DNA of 63,688 nt, the filler included. It is 5 parts of 5 records of this genome, joined end to end, with 100 filler letters (N's around TTAATTAATTAA, not from the genome) between each part and the next. Parts side by side here need not be neighbours in the genome. Positions count along the whole stretch, not along the records: positions 8,627 to 20,221 come from SRR20825019_554; 4 more parts are not named here. One strand, given 5' to 3'. The notes below the pieces were generated by a model. It was not told where the DNA came from. It worked only from the letters and a program-made list of their open reading frames with translations, and made no database searches. Numbering within the stretch: position 1 is the stretch's first letter; the number at the start of each line of letters is the position of its first letter. A program made the position numbers and the translations under genes. This document shows, piece after piece, positions 8,658 to 20,321 of this stretch.

Positions 8658-11214
8658 GAACGTGAGAAGGAGAGGCGGCGACGGGAAGAAGACGAAGATA
8701 AGGAACGCGAGAGGGAAAGGCGTGAACGGGATCGGAAGGCTCGCGATGCCGAGATTGACGGCATCAGCCGCGGCGATGTTGTAGAGCTGCTCCGCAAGTG
8801 TGAAGATCGCTTCTCTTCAAAAGCAGGTATGTAGTCCATTTGGGTTCAAGAAAACTCCTGCTAATTCCGACAGATATCCACGATATCGCCGATGACTTGT
8901 TCCGGGAAGCCGCTTCTCGTGACGGCCGCGTATCCTTTAAGGAACTGCAGAATGCATTGAGCAAGAACAGACATGTAGCAAAGGTTTAGCTTTCAAAGGG
9001 GTTACTTTCTCTCATCCTAACATTGTCTTCTGCAGTGGATGGACCTTGTCACTTCTCACTTCGAAGATTCCGATTCATTGAAGAAACTGCTTGATGATCG
9101 CAAGGATGCCATATCGTATTCGATGAAGGAGGAAGAGCTTGAGAATAAGCGACTCAGGGACAGAATGAGGGAGATTAGGGAGGAGAGAAGAGATGATGAA
9201 GAACGATTCCGTGGACAGATCGCGCGCTTGCAGGTTGGCAGATTTGTTTGCCTTTTTTTGTCCGATTCTCATGCGCAAATGTATTATACAGAGGCAAATC
9301 GAGGAGCTGAGGATGGAGAAGCGGAAGAAAACACCCGCAGAACTCATGACCCAACTTCAGAAGAAGACCAAACTTGACCAAGTTCTCTTGTCTGATTATT
9401 TAGTCAAATTTCCTAAGAATGTATGTCGGGCTTCTCAGGCATGGTTATGGTTTCTCAGTATCTTTGCAGCACTTTGGTGAGAAAAAAATGGACCGGTATC
9501 AGTTCGAGGACTGGCTTTGGAAAACTCTGCGGATTAACGACAAAGAGTTAACCAAACAGCTCTTCCAACTTTTCGATTGGGACCAAGATGGCACCGTGGA
9601 CTCTCGTGAATTTGCGTATGATCTTTTCTGGTTATCCCAGTATGATTCCAACTGATGGTATTATCAGATCGGCACTGTCCATCCTCTGTGCTGGCACCAA
9701 GGTGGAGAAACTGGAATTCGCTTTCAAGGTATTCGACATCAGCGGAGATGGAGCGCTCAACCGCGCCGAATTTGGACGATTCTATAAGAGCTTCTTCACT
9801 GCATCATTGAAGACTCTCGGTATGTGGACGAAGGGGCCGGGGTCTCGTGTGGGCTTAACGTTCGCAATGTTCAGGATACCTTGCTCATGATTATGACTTT
9901 GTGTTTGGCGGTGAGGATGCCGATGAATATAAGCCGTCATTCCGCGATTTCAGCGAGCAGCTTAAGGCCATGCGACTCCGCTATGAGGACAAGAGGTTCA
10001 TGGAGGACTTGATTGACCAGGTGAGACTTCTCCAAACGGTACCCCTCCTCATGCTAATGGTTATGCAGGCTTTCCTGGACGGAGACAGAGACGGAAATGG
10101 GAGAATCTCTCTCATTGAATTTAAGAAATGGGCTTTGAAGAGCCGCGTGATTAACGAGTGGCTCGACAAAATAGCGGGAGTGATTGAAAAGCCTATTTTG
10201 GAGTCAGGCACAGGAACCACGGACCCTCGCATCCTCGAGAAGATCGAAAAACTCTCTCGTGAAGTTCAGCACCATCGCGAACGTGCAACTGTACTTGAGG
10301 CTATGGCTCGACACCAGAAGGAGCGCGAGGACAAGCTGCGGATTGAGTTGGCGCGGGTACGATTCGAGGCGCAGAGGCTTGGTACCGAACTCCGTAAGCA
10401 CGATCCCTTGGCAGCGATGCCCAAGGGTTTGTTCAACAACCCCAATGACACTTCTGCTATGGGCAACATCGGATATGGCACTAATCTCCCGATCGACCAG
10501 CAGCTGGCTGCGGCCGGTGTGGGTCCTAATGGCATGCCGGGTGGCCCACTTGGGGGGAGTGCCGGCGGTCTTCTGGACCTTGCGCTGATGAACCAACAGC
10601 TTAACGCGGCAATGCTTGGCCAAGCACCTGCAGGGGAAGGTCCCGTGGCAGCACCAACGGCTCAAGATATCTGGAGAAAGAAAGACCCGCTGACTGGAGT
10701 CGGTGTGACAGCGAACTACACTGTTGAAGTAGATGCTGAGACCGAAACATACAAGAAGATACCATATTCAAACCCTTACTCATACGAGCGGTCATTCCGA
10801 TTCCGCACTAACAAGCCAAACTTGATTCGTATCAAGGAAATGGATATGGAGATTGGACCCAATGGCACTAAGAGCATCCGCCTCGTTTTCCTACCAATGG
10901 TAACGTTTTTGTTCGTGGCCTGACTCGATAAATGCTGACGAACATCTTCACAGGGACCCATCTCCAAGCCCATGCCCGTTGATGTATACGTATATGTTGA
11001 GAATGAGGACGGAGGAAACGAAGACACGCTGCACATTCAGGCAACATGGGTACCCTCCAGAACCAACAATGTCGGTGGGCCCAACGACTTCTATGATCTC
11101 ATAATCGACCCAGCTCAACAACCAGGCCCTCAAAGTCATTTCCGTCTGAGTCCCAAGAAAGGCGCCGCTAAGAAATATGTTCGAGACTATGCAACTGAAG
11201 ACTGGCTACCCTAA
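8627..11214 (+). CDS. multi-exon EF-hand (NCS/calcineurin-B-like) protein with C-terminal NPHP4-like beta domain; 5' truncated
   Basis: EF loops DWDQDGTVDSRE, DISGDGALNRAE, DRDGNGRISLIE; GT-AG introns e.g. 8827-8873, 10021-10068. Confidence 0.8.
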
Positions 11215-11401
11215 TTCGTGTATGTAAAGAAAAATCCAGACCTAACCCTTCCAGACCCATCCCTGTAGGGTTTCTATATTACTTGTCGAGGGTCATTCAA
11301 ACCTGCAGCCAATGGCAGACTTGACTGATGGGGATGATCTGATAGACTTTGACACGACTGGGATGGTGTGACCAATCGACCGTTGAACCGACTAAAAGCA
11401 A

Positions 11402-12981
11402 CTAAGCCGAGGTCGCGGGACGATGAACAGACCGCTCAACACCCTCCATATCAGGAGGACAATACGGTGGTCGAGTAGCCACAATGTACGTGTTCTGGAA
11501 GTGACCTGTCTGCACCCGGATATGAGCAAGCTGTTTGTGGTATTCTGATAGAGGGCCGATACCTATTCACCGAGTCAGTTCAGTTGGGCTACAGCCGAGT
11601 CTGCCGAACCTACCCTCGAAGAGCAGTCCACACCACATGTCAAACTTCGGATGGCCAAAAGCACCCGCATCATGCGATCCCATTGATTCGCTAGGACCGT
11701 TTGACGGGCTTGAGTCCTCATCTTTTTCGTTCTTTTCTGCCGCAGTCTTGGGGTGCTGACTGTCAGCTTTGCTCTCTGATCGCGCGGCCGCCCGCAGCTG
11801 ATGCTTGCCGCGAACGGCCTGGAGCTCCTCCGCACTGATCACAACGTTGTTGGCCAAAGGCCATTCTAGTTTCTGCGCCACAATCAGCACCTCGCTCCAC
11901 AACGAGAAACCACACAAACGCACCGCATACGCCATGCGGGATCCGGGAAGGCAGCACGGCTTTAACAGAAGCGTCGAGACGTCATCACACATATTGAACA
12001 GCTCGACTGCACTATGGAACCCATGAATGCAAGAAGCGAAGTCAAAAAGGGAATGCTTACCGTATGCTGAGCTGGTTGCACAAGTGAATGCAACTCAGAA
12101 TGACGGGACCTCCCCCAGACTCCGCACGCATTCGCGATATTCCCCTAGCCAGATTTCTAATCTCTCTGCTTTTTTTCAAGTTGACTTTTCTTGGCTCTAG
12201 AGGAATTGGCCATCCCTCCATAGCAACATGGTCCGTGGTAATATGACCACGCATACTGCGTTTCTTCTTCTTGACTTTCTCAACCTTATCCTCAGTCTCA
12301 CCTTGTGCACTGTGGTCAGCGCTTTGAGAATCCACCTCTCCCTGCTTCACTTCGTCACCGTGGCCAGCGTCATTTGGCAAGTTGGAAATAAACGGCCATT
12401 CCTAGGAATCCAAGATTTATCAGCGAAAACAAATGCTCGTGCTATTCTTGTGTTACCTTGTCGACCATTGCAATTTTATGTACCAGTGCAGGCTCTAGGA
12501 GTTCCGACAGAAACATGGAGAGATATCCAAATCCGCTGCACAGGTCCACCACCGTGATTTTCCCTGCCATTCACTTAAAAACTCAAGTGGCATATGGTGG
12601 CTAGGCAAACTAACCACGTGTTTCACTGTTCTTAACTTGTTCAAAAACCTTCAAGATAATATCAAGAATGGGGACTGACTCGTTCAGTTCCTAGGGAAAG
12701 CACAAGTTGAGAACACCTGTGAATAGACTCACGAAGCTCAGTACCTTGAGAAGACGATTTTTCCTGTTGAGACGGCCATACCAAAACGTCGCAGGAAACT
12801 TTTGGCTCCAAGTCGTAACAATACCACTGAACAGAATCAGAACTTATCTATGCGTTTATATTCACGTTACCCACCTAAGTCTGCTCACGAGTTCTGGATA
12901 TAGCTTAGAACAAGGAAGTTCCGAAAGTCTTTCCAACAGATGTGCAACGCTAGCCTCGTTGACGCCGCCCTCGGTTTCCAT
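11402..12981 (-). CDS. multi-exon SAM-dependent methyltransferase-like protein
   Basis: spliced reading gives VVDLCSGFGYLSMFL (motif I), IHLCNQLS, LKPCCLP, HIRVQTGHFQNTYIVA; boundaries approximate. Confidence 0.7.
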
Positions 12982-13074
12982 AGTTGCAGCCTCCTATCAA
13001 ATCGCTTTCCATTCATGAAGTAAGACCATATTTGAAAGCATCGATGGGATGTAGTGTCGCTCTTCTGAAGGTCC

Positions 13075-13815
13075 GGGGCCCCGCCCTCCGAGTCCGACCG
13101 TCCGGCCACCAGTCGACGCTTGCCGGCGGCCACAGGGACAACGACTGAGGCCCCCCGGCCATTGGCCCTACCGGCCCGGAAGAACCGCGGCCAGTGAGAC
13201 TGACGGAGTTTCGCGAGTACCATGATTGGCGGCTGGTATAGTTTCTAAGTTTAGATCATCATATGCTGTGATTATGATCGTCCTCGAAACAAGCTACGGA
13301 ACGTTACACTCCCCGACCCCCGGCGGCTGCGTCGCACACGCCGAGCACCCACCGGCCCGCGGCGGCCGGACCCGTCGCGCCCGGCCGGCTGCGGCCGTGT
13401 GACTGATGATGAGCGAGCCACGCGCCACCGGGCGGGCCCTGCGCGACGAGCCGGCGGGCCCGGCAGGCCGGCTGGGCCGAGTCACTCAGTCGGAGCGGGT
13501 CCCGTCCGGCGGGCGCCGTCGACAGTGGCCAGGTCCCTCCTGGCCAGGCCGGGCAAGGCCGCGGGCGCGCCGGCCGCGTGGCCCTGAGGCGGCGGCGGTG
13601 GCCGCGGGCCGCTCCCCAGGCGGCGGGCTGCCTGCCGGGGGCGGGGCGGGGCGGGGCGGGGGGCTCTGTCGCCGGGCCAGGGCAGAGCCGAACCGAACCG
13701 CCCGGGCTTTCGTAGCGGCAGTCGACCAGCGCCCCGGGTCCAGGGCCGGGCTCGGCGGCTGAGCCGGACACTGGCGCACGGGACGCGAGCCCTGCGCTGC
13801 TACTTTGCCGTCGGG
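13075..13815. promoter_or_regulatory. GC/CpG-rich island in divergent promoter region
   Basis: very GC-rich non-coding tracts between divergent gene starts 12981 and 14019. Confidence 0.6.
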
Positions 13816-14018
13816 TCACTGCATTCGTCAATACTTGGACCAGTTTTTTGGGAATACCTCAGATCATAAGCTTGGTTGTCCTTCACTCACGCAGATACCT
13901 CTTGGTATAATATCTGTCGCCATTACCTTCACAATATTCAAGCCGTGTCCCATCCTCCTCAAAGACCCCGGCTCATCTGCAAGAGAGCTTTTTTGCAGCT
14001 TTCAGGGTTTTACACACT

Positions 14019-15857
14019 ATGGTGCGAGAAGACATGCCTTCATACGATCCCGCCGGTTTCTCTCCCCGGATCCATAATGTTGTAGGAGTTGGTGAAACGC
14101 CCTCTTGGCAACAGGCCCGTACACCAGCGAGCAATTCGAAGGTGTTTAGAACACCCACGCCCGCGTCTGCCTCTCTGGTGCGGGTGTCTCATGGTGGGAA
14201 GGTTACAGAGGACAATAGGAGTCCTCTCTTTGAGAAAACGCCGAAAGGCAATGTGGAAGGCATGTTCGGACAAAGCCCACAAACCCTCACTAAGGAAGAT
14301 TATGACAATATGGAGCATCTTCTCTCCACCCTCCGTAAGTGATTATCCATGTGCACATTCTGATTCCATGCTTACAACGTTGGGCAGAAACTCCATCTCG
14401 CTCCCCTTCATTGAGCAGTAGTTCTTCGCCAGGCTCGGCGTCACCGTCATCCCAAACGGGACCAGTACTTCCCGAAGAATATCAACACTTACATACCACT
14501 CTCCGAACGAAGGAGGAAGAGCTTGTCGCTGCGGCAGGTAATTACGTTTGAGCCACACTAGATTGCGAAGACCTCTAACCCACCACAGAGCTGGGATTGC
14601 GGTTGCTAGAGGAAAATAGGAGGCTCCAGGCTGAAAGCACCTCTGCAGCGAGATATGCTGAAGATAGTTATATTGCGGTGGATCAGCTCAACCAGCGCAT
14701 TAGCGAGCTTGAGGTATGTAGGCTAGCACCCGGGGCCGAGCATTTCTCACAATCTTTCGCAGAAACAAAATTACAGTGTCCAGTGCCAACTTGATGGGAC
14801 TAACGCAAAATACCAGGCTCTCAGGCATGAGTACGATGTCCTGAGCGATTCTCTATTTGCTGTTGAGAAGGAAAACCACAAGTTGGAATGTGCGGTCGAG
14901 GGACAAAAGGTTGAAATGAAGGAGCATCACCGGCGTTTATCATCGGCTCAAGAGAGTCTCGTGTATGCATCGCAAGTGGAGTATGATGTGGAAACACTGC
15001 GCGGTGAGAACAACACTCTCAAGAAGGAAGTGCGTGAGATGCAAGCTCAGTTGTCTGATGAAGTCAGGGCGCATCAGAAGACCTTAATCGAGTGTGATAC
15101 AAATGCCGGTAAGGTTGAAGAGCTGGCTTCCCGATTGAGACATGCCATGGCCGAAGAGAGGCGGGTAGATGACAACAAAGCTGAAGTGCGAGAGCTGGCA
15201 CGGCAACTCAACTGCGCCTTAGAAGAAAATGATAGGCTTGAGAGAGCGGTTGCATCACTGACTGCGGAGAAGGGCAGATTAGAAGCAGAAAAGGAGTTAT
15301 CCCAGTGTGTGGCGACATCGCTCCTTCAAACCCCAGCCACCCCTGCTACACCTGCTAGTTCCTTTAAGAAAAATGGTAGCGCCAAGAAATTCGTGACGTG
15401 GGATGATAGCACTCCTAAGGGCAGCCCAGCAGATTCATCCTGCGCCGGGCTTCCTCCGATCTTTCTGAGCGAATCCGAGTCATTGTATCGGGCTGTAGAG
15501 GCCGTCATATACGGCGCAAACGCTAGCCTAGGAGATGTGGGTGAGTCTAGTGATGGGGCATGCCTGGATGAGACATCCGAGGTCTTTCAAGAATGGCAGG
15601 CACGGGTGCGCCGGGGGCTTCAGGGTATCATTGGGGGAATGGTGATTACGGGATCGGGGAATCCAGGCTTCGGTTCACCGGCACCTGGATTTCTCAGCCC
15701 TGCGGTGACCGCCAGCACACAATCTCTCCAGAAGCAACAGAATTTATGGAGGATAGCGGTGGTTGCCGCTCTCTTGGCAACGCTGGTTTTTCTTTGTCCT
15801 CTGCAACATTGGAATTGCACAAGTACGCTTATGGAAACAGCAGGTTTCAACGCATAA
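14019..15857 (+). CDS. multi-exon coiled-coil protein with CC1-box-like motif and C-terminal TM anchor
   Basis: removing intron 14538-14588 gives ELVAAAELGLRLLEEN; long coiled coil; IAVVAALLATLVFL near the C-terminus. Confidence 0.75.
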
Positions 15858-16069
15858 GGTACATGATTCATATTGATTATATTCGTTGGGCTGTGCATCT
15901 GAACAGTTTCAAACATTCATAATCTGCAAATGCTGCGGTGGCAATTCCACAGAAAGGTACCCCATTCACTAGAACCGATGACTCGACCATACCATGTAAC
16001 TCGGGACCAGATGTCCGCACAATGACGCAAACAGAAAGCCGCATTCCGTCCAACATAAATCAGAAAGAA

Positions 16070-17882
16070 CTATGCATCTTCCATGATCTGTTCATGTCGT
16101 TTGTCCTTGCTCATGGCGGCCTTTTGACCATTCACCCGCATAACATCCGCCCAATCGAACTTGTCATCAGAGTTCGTATCGAGTTCATCAAACTTTGATT
16201 TTAGCCTACGTAAAATATCGCTGGCTAGACGTTCAGCACATCATATCGAGCGTGAGGTATATAGCACTGGATAGCTACCTGTCTACAAGGCCGAGTCGCA
16301 GGAGACTTAACTGAAGATACTCGGCATAGTCCACGCACGTATCCCCGTCATCCTCGAGCTTCTGGGCGAACTGAAACTCGGCCTCAGTGATGCTCTCTTC
16401 GATTAGTTTGTTGCGCTGCATGCGGGAGTCTTAGACCTTGTAACCAGGTGAGCGCACGCAATTAAAGCTCACAACATACCTTAGCTTCGGAATATCTTTC
16501 GATAAAAATGTTGGCCAATTGACCAAGGGTAAGAGCAAATACTGGCACACCAGTCATCACGAATGTCCCGGAGAATACCGTTGCAAATGTGCTTGTTGAG
16601 GGCGCCTGTAGTCCGCCAGTAGAGAGCGCTGTCACTGAAAATTCGAGCGAACGCATGAAGGACCATTCCTCGTACCAAAGACCATACATCAACCCCGCAC
16701 AGGTCCACACAATGAATGCCGTAAAAATTTTGATCCGAGCTGACCGCGGGCGATACCACCTCTTTAGCTTACGCCAACACGTTCGCTGGCTAATGAGCAT
16801 TTCTTGGAACTGGTCTAGAGTAATACCGTTGTCGGCTTTCCCGCCAACTTTTGTGAAGATTTCTTCTACCCTTTTCGGGGAGAGTCTATTCTCCTTCCGC
16901 AAGGACCTATAATAATCCTGGAGATCAGATAGAGATAACAGCCCATCGCGATCCCTGGAACACAGGTCTTAGATGCCAATTGCGGCGAATTAATGCTTCC
17001 ATACTTGTCAAGTTCAGTCATGTTCAAAATTGCAAGGTATCTCTCCTGGTCAAAGTAGGCTACATTCTTTTCTAATGCCACCTGAGTTTGGTCCCGTGTC
17101 TGTTATGCACATGCCACACCAAAGCTCATCCACACACCTCGACAAAAAGGGCAAGAACTCCTGCAACCATTGAAGCGCCCACCGCGACATGAAAAATGGT
17201 GTATGCGCGGCTCCAATCATTCTCTTCAGATAGAGCACCAAACCCAACACTTAATCCTGCCTGACAGGCGAAGTAGTACCTTATAAAAGTGTCAGGAATA
17301 GTCCTAACCATACCCGCTGCGAATTGGGGGAATTTGAACTCACCCCTGAGCGAAGCTCCATCCATTCAAAAGAGTGTATACTATGGTACCCAACAACAAC
17401 CATATGACAACGATTATCAGAAAAACACATATCCAAAAGTTAGGCAACAGCCACACGATGCAACGTTTTGATTTTTGCCAGAGGCTCTTTGAGCCAGCTT
17501 GCTTCAGTGTGTGCGCTTCCTGAGACGAAGAAGCTGCGTTTGATGCAAGGTCTAGATAAAATTTATCCGCTACGCTAGGACGCCTGTGGGAGCGGGAAAG
17601 ATCCCTTTTCATTTCGGGGCCATTGCCATCAGTGCTTACGTGCCCCCCCACGCGACTACCTGAAACAGAAGAGAACCTGACCAAACTCCGCTGCGAAGCC
17701 AATTTGAAGTCATGTGAAGCTTGCTTGCTATCTCCTTTATCATTATGAGAGTTGGAGCCACGTTGGGGTGAATGCATGGCACGAGAGAGCGGCAGGCAGC
17801 CGAAGACTGCGCAGTCCTCCTTCCCGTCTATCCTTTCATCCCGCTCTAGTGCTGCCCCGCTCTCTGAAGCACACCCTGCCAT
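16070..17882 (-). CDS. multi-exon two-pore-domain K+ channel-like protein with EF hands
   Basis: pore loops GLSVGFG and ALSTGGLQ flanked by TM helices; C-terminal DTNSDDKFDWAD EF-like loop. Confidence 0.8.
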
Positions 17883-17999
17883 TATTACTACCGTTTAATC
17901 TGGTGGCACTTTCAATGGCCCAAGCACGCACAGTTTGTCATTCTGCGGGTGGTGATCCAGCGACTCTCTACACAACCATTCCGTTCTACCAAGTATGTA

Positions 18000-18610
18000 C
18001 ATGTTGGCTGACCCGGCCACGCGCTGACAAGCCCAGCGGTCCGCTGAGGAACGGGGTCTTCCGCGAGCAAAGGCTGGATGAACACACGCTGCCAGTGCAG
18101 TGCCACAACCCCGATCGCCACCGCCGCCCGGCCGGCGCCGGCGGCGCGGGGGCGCGACCCCCCCCGCGGCCCCGCCCCGCGGGGCGGCCGTCCGAGCTCC
18201 CAGTGCCCAGCCGCCGGCGGACCGCCCGACCGGACCGGGCGTGAGCCGTTCAGGTTGACTGCCGCGCCGTGCCCGGTTGAACGGAAGTTTTTTGGCGATT
18301 GATCAGCCGGCCCGGGTGGGGTGCTGGGGTGCTGGGCCGGCGATCCGCCGGGACTCGGGCGCCGCCCCGCGGGTCGCGATCCCCGGCACTGCCAACGATC
18401 GCATCCCAAGTGGGATGATCCGCAGTCCCCCTCACCTCCCACACTCCCTCACTGGAAGAGAGCAGGGCGTCCCGTCAGATCATCCCACGGGACGGAGGAC
18501 GAGTGCCGCGTGCTGAGTCTGGGTAACAACGCGAGCATGAGGTATGTGAGGTGACGATTCAGTGACGGGATTCAGTGAGGGTGGTCGTTGTGGGATGTGA
18601 CTCAAAGTGA
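18000..18610. promoter_or_regulatory. GC/CpG-rich island in divergent promoter region
   Basis: GC-rich tract between 17882(-) and 18807(+); tandem GATTCAGTGA at 18556 and 18569. Confidence 0.6.
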
Positions 18611-18806
18611 ATTATTCCGGCGGAGGCTCAGACGGCTCCCAGGCTAGTGTGTACTAGGCAGGGGCCCCCAGTCCATGGCGGTGAAATGGTCACGCGCTTC
18701 TGCTTCAACCGTTCTTCAGCCCCTCCCCGCCTCAATGCTTTGTTCGATATAACTGTAGTGACTCGAGTTCGACTAGAACATCAGTGGGTGTACATCCTTG
18801 GCACTG

Positions 18807-19774
18807 ATGAGAGTCCTCTTTCCTCTTGTAGTAGTGGTATTATTTGGTGCCGCCAGTGCACACCCTGACGCTCTGGAGTTCTTGGGAAAGGAGCTGGTGG
18901 ACTGCCACAACTTCCCTGAGCCCATGTCATACCACGTTCATGTGACTTACATGCTCTCAAACCCTAAAGAGATTGAGGATGCTGTCCAGTGAGTGTGCAA
19001 GTCCTGTTGTCGCTCGTTTGCTTATGTCCGGCTCGGCAGGCTTCGTGAGGAAGCCTTGAAAGCGTTCAAACCATTGCTGGGAGAAGACCCCTGGTGCCCT
19101 GGCACAGAAAAGGATCCTTCTGGCCGCTACGACAATGGACGTCTGTGCATGATCAATGACCATGACATAACAAACACTCAGGTATAACTCAAGTTTCAGT
19201 GTCGTTGGGCAGATCTTCAACCAAACATAATCTCTACTGCAGCAATCAATTGGCCCATTCCCCATTGGCGAGTGGAGCATGTGGATGCCGGTTCATTACT
19301 ATCACCGCGTGGTGCCTTGGTTTCTGCAGGTGAGTGACCCGGTGGACTAGTTAGTCGCTCTATTCTCATCGTGGGTTGTAGCACCGCGGCCGATTCTCCG
19401 TCCTTGTTCATCCTAACACGGGCTGCGAGTATGAAGGTATAGATATATCCGCCATGACCGAATATGAAGATTCCTTTTGACAACATATTTTTGGCGCAGA
19501 CCATGATGATTGGGCCCAGTGGACAGGAAGCAAGTGGAATCTGGACTTCTCAATATTCAAGCGGTGGACCCAAACTGAGAGTTTCGGGAAAAAGCTTGGC
19601 ACCGCGGAAAACCCCTCATGTCTTCCCACCGGCGGTATCTGTGGAGCCGGGAGTCACACCGCGCCCGGTTTTGGGCCTCAAATATCTTGCTGCAATGGCT
19701 TGAAGTGCAACTGCAGGCCGGGTGAAGACACTTGCAGCTGCGAGGAAGGCAACGAGCCAACAGAGCTTATATGA
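18807..19774 (+). CDS. secreted DOPA 4,5-dioxygenase-family protein with C-terminal 8-Cys knottin-like domain (multi-exon)
   Basis: signal peptide MRVLFPLVVVVLFGAASA; SYHVHV, GPFPIGEW, LVHPNTGCEYEDH motifs after splicing. Confidence 0.78.
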
Positions 19775-20221
19775 ACAGATATTAAATTGTAAACTTGGCC
19801 GAATTTGTTGGTACCATATGCACACTCTCTGTAGAAGTCAAACTGATCGAACTGGAAGCCCCATGATCCCATGCAAGCATGTGAATAAGGTTTGTCCGTA
19901 TGCAGGGACAGAGAACTCCACCAGAGTTAGTACCGGGCAAGAGCCCACGAAGGTGTTAACAAAGGCCCCCTAATTGAAAAAGTCACTTGCATGAGTGGTC
20001 TCGCGAAAGGGAGTATCGGAAGTACGGGTGTCGAGGGGCTCATACACTCGCTTGTTGAAGCGGTATTGGCTTGGTGAGATGGGTTCCATTGAAATGTTGA
20101 CATCAAGACAACGATTCGAAAAAATCTTTTCAGTTAAACATATTTGACCTAACCATTGTCCTGCCCTCTTCCGTCATAGCCCCGTGGCACTGATGCCTCT
20201 CCGACAGCCGTGGTGAGTGAT

Positions 20222-20321
20222 NNNNNNNNNNNNNNNNNNNNNNNNNNNNNNNNNNNNNNNNNNNNTTAATTAATTAANNNNNNNNNNNNNNNNNNNNNNN
20301 NNNNNNNNNNNNNNNNNNNNN
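20222..20321. other. artificial contig spacer
   Basis: N44-TTAATTAATTAA-N44. Confidence 0.99.

Noticed and set aside
13294-13831. Pro/Ala/Arg/Gly-rich ORFs in GC islands (also 17912-18442, 37508-38207)
   Set aside because: Open in many frames because of extreme GC; composition unlike neighbouring genes
15740-15857. KASH domain
   Set aside because: TM plus short Cys-containing tail is present, but the terminal PPPX motif is absent
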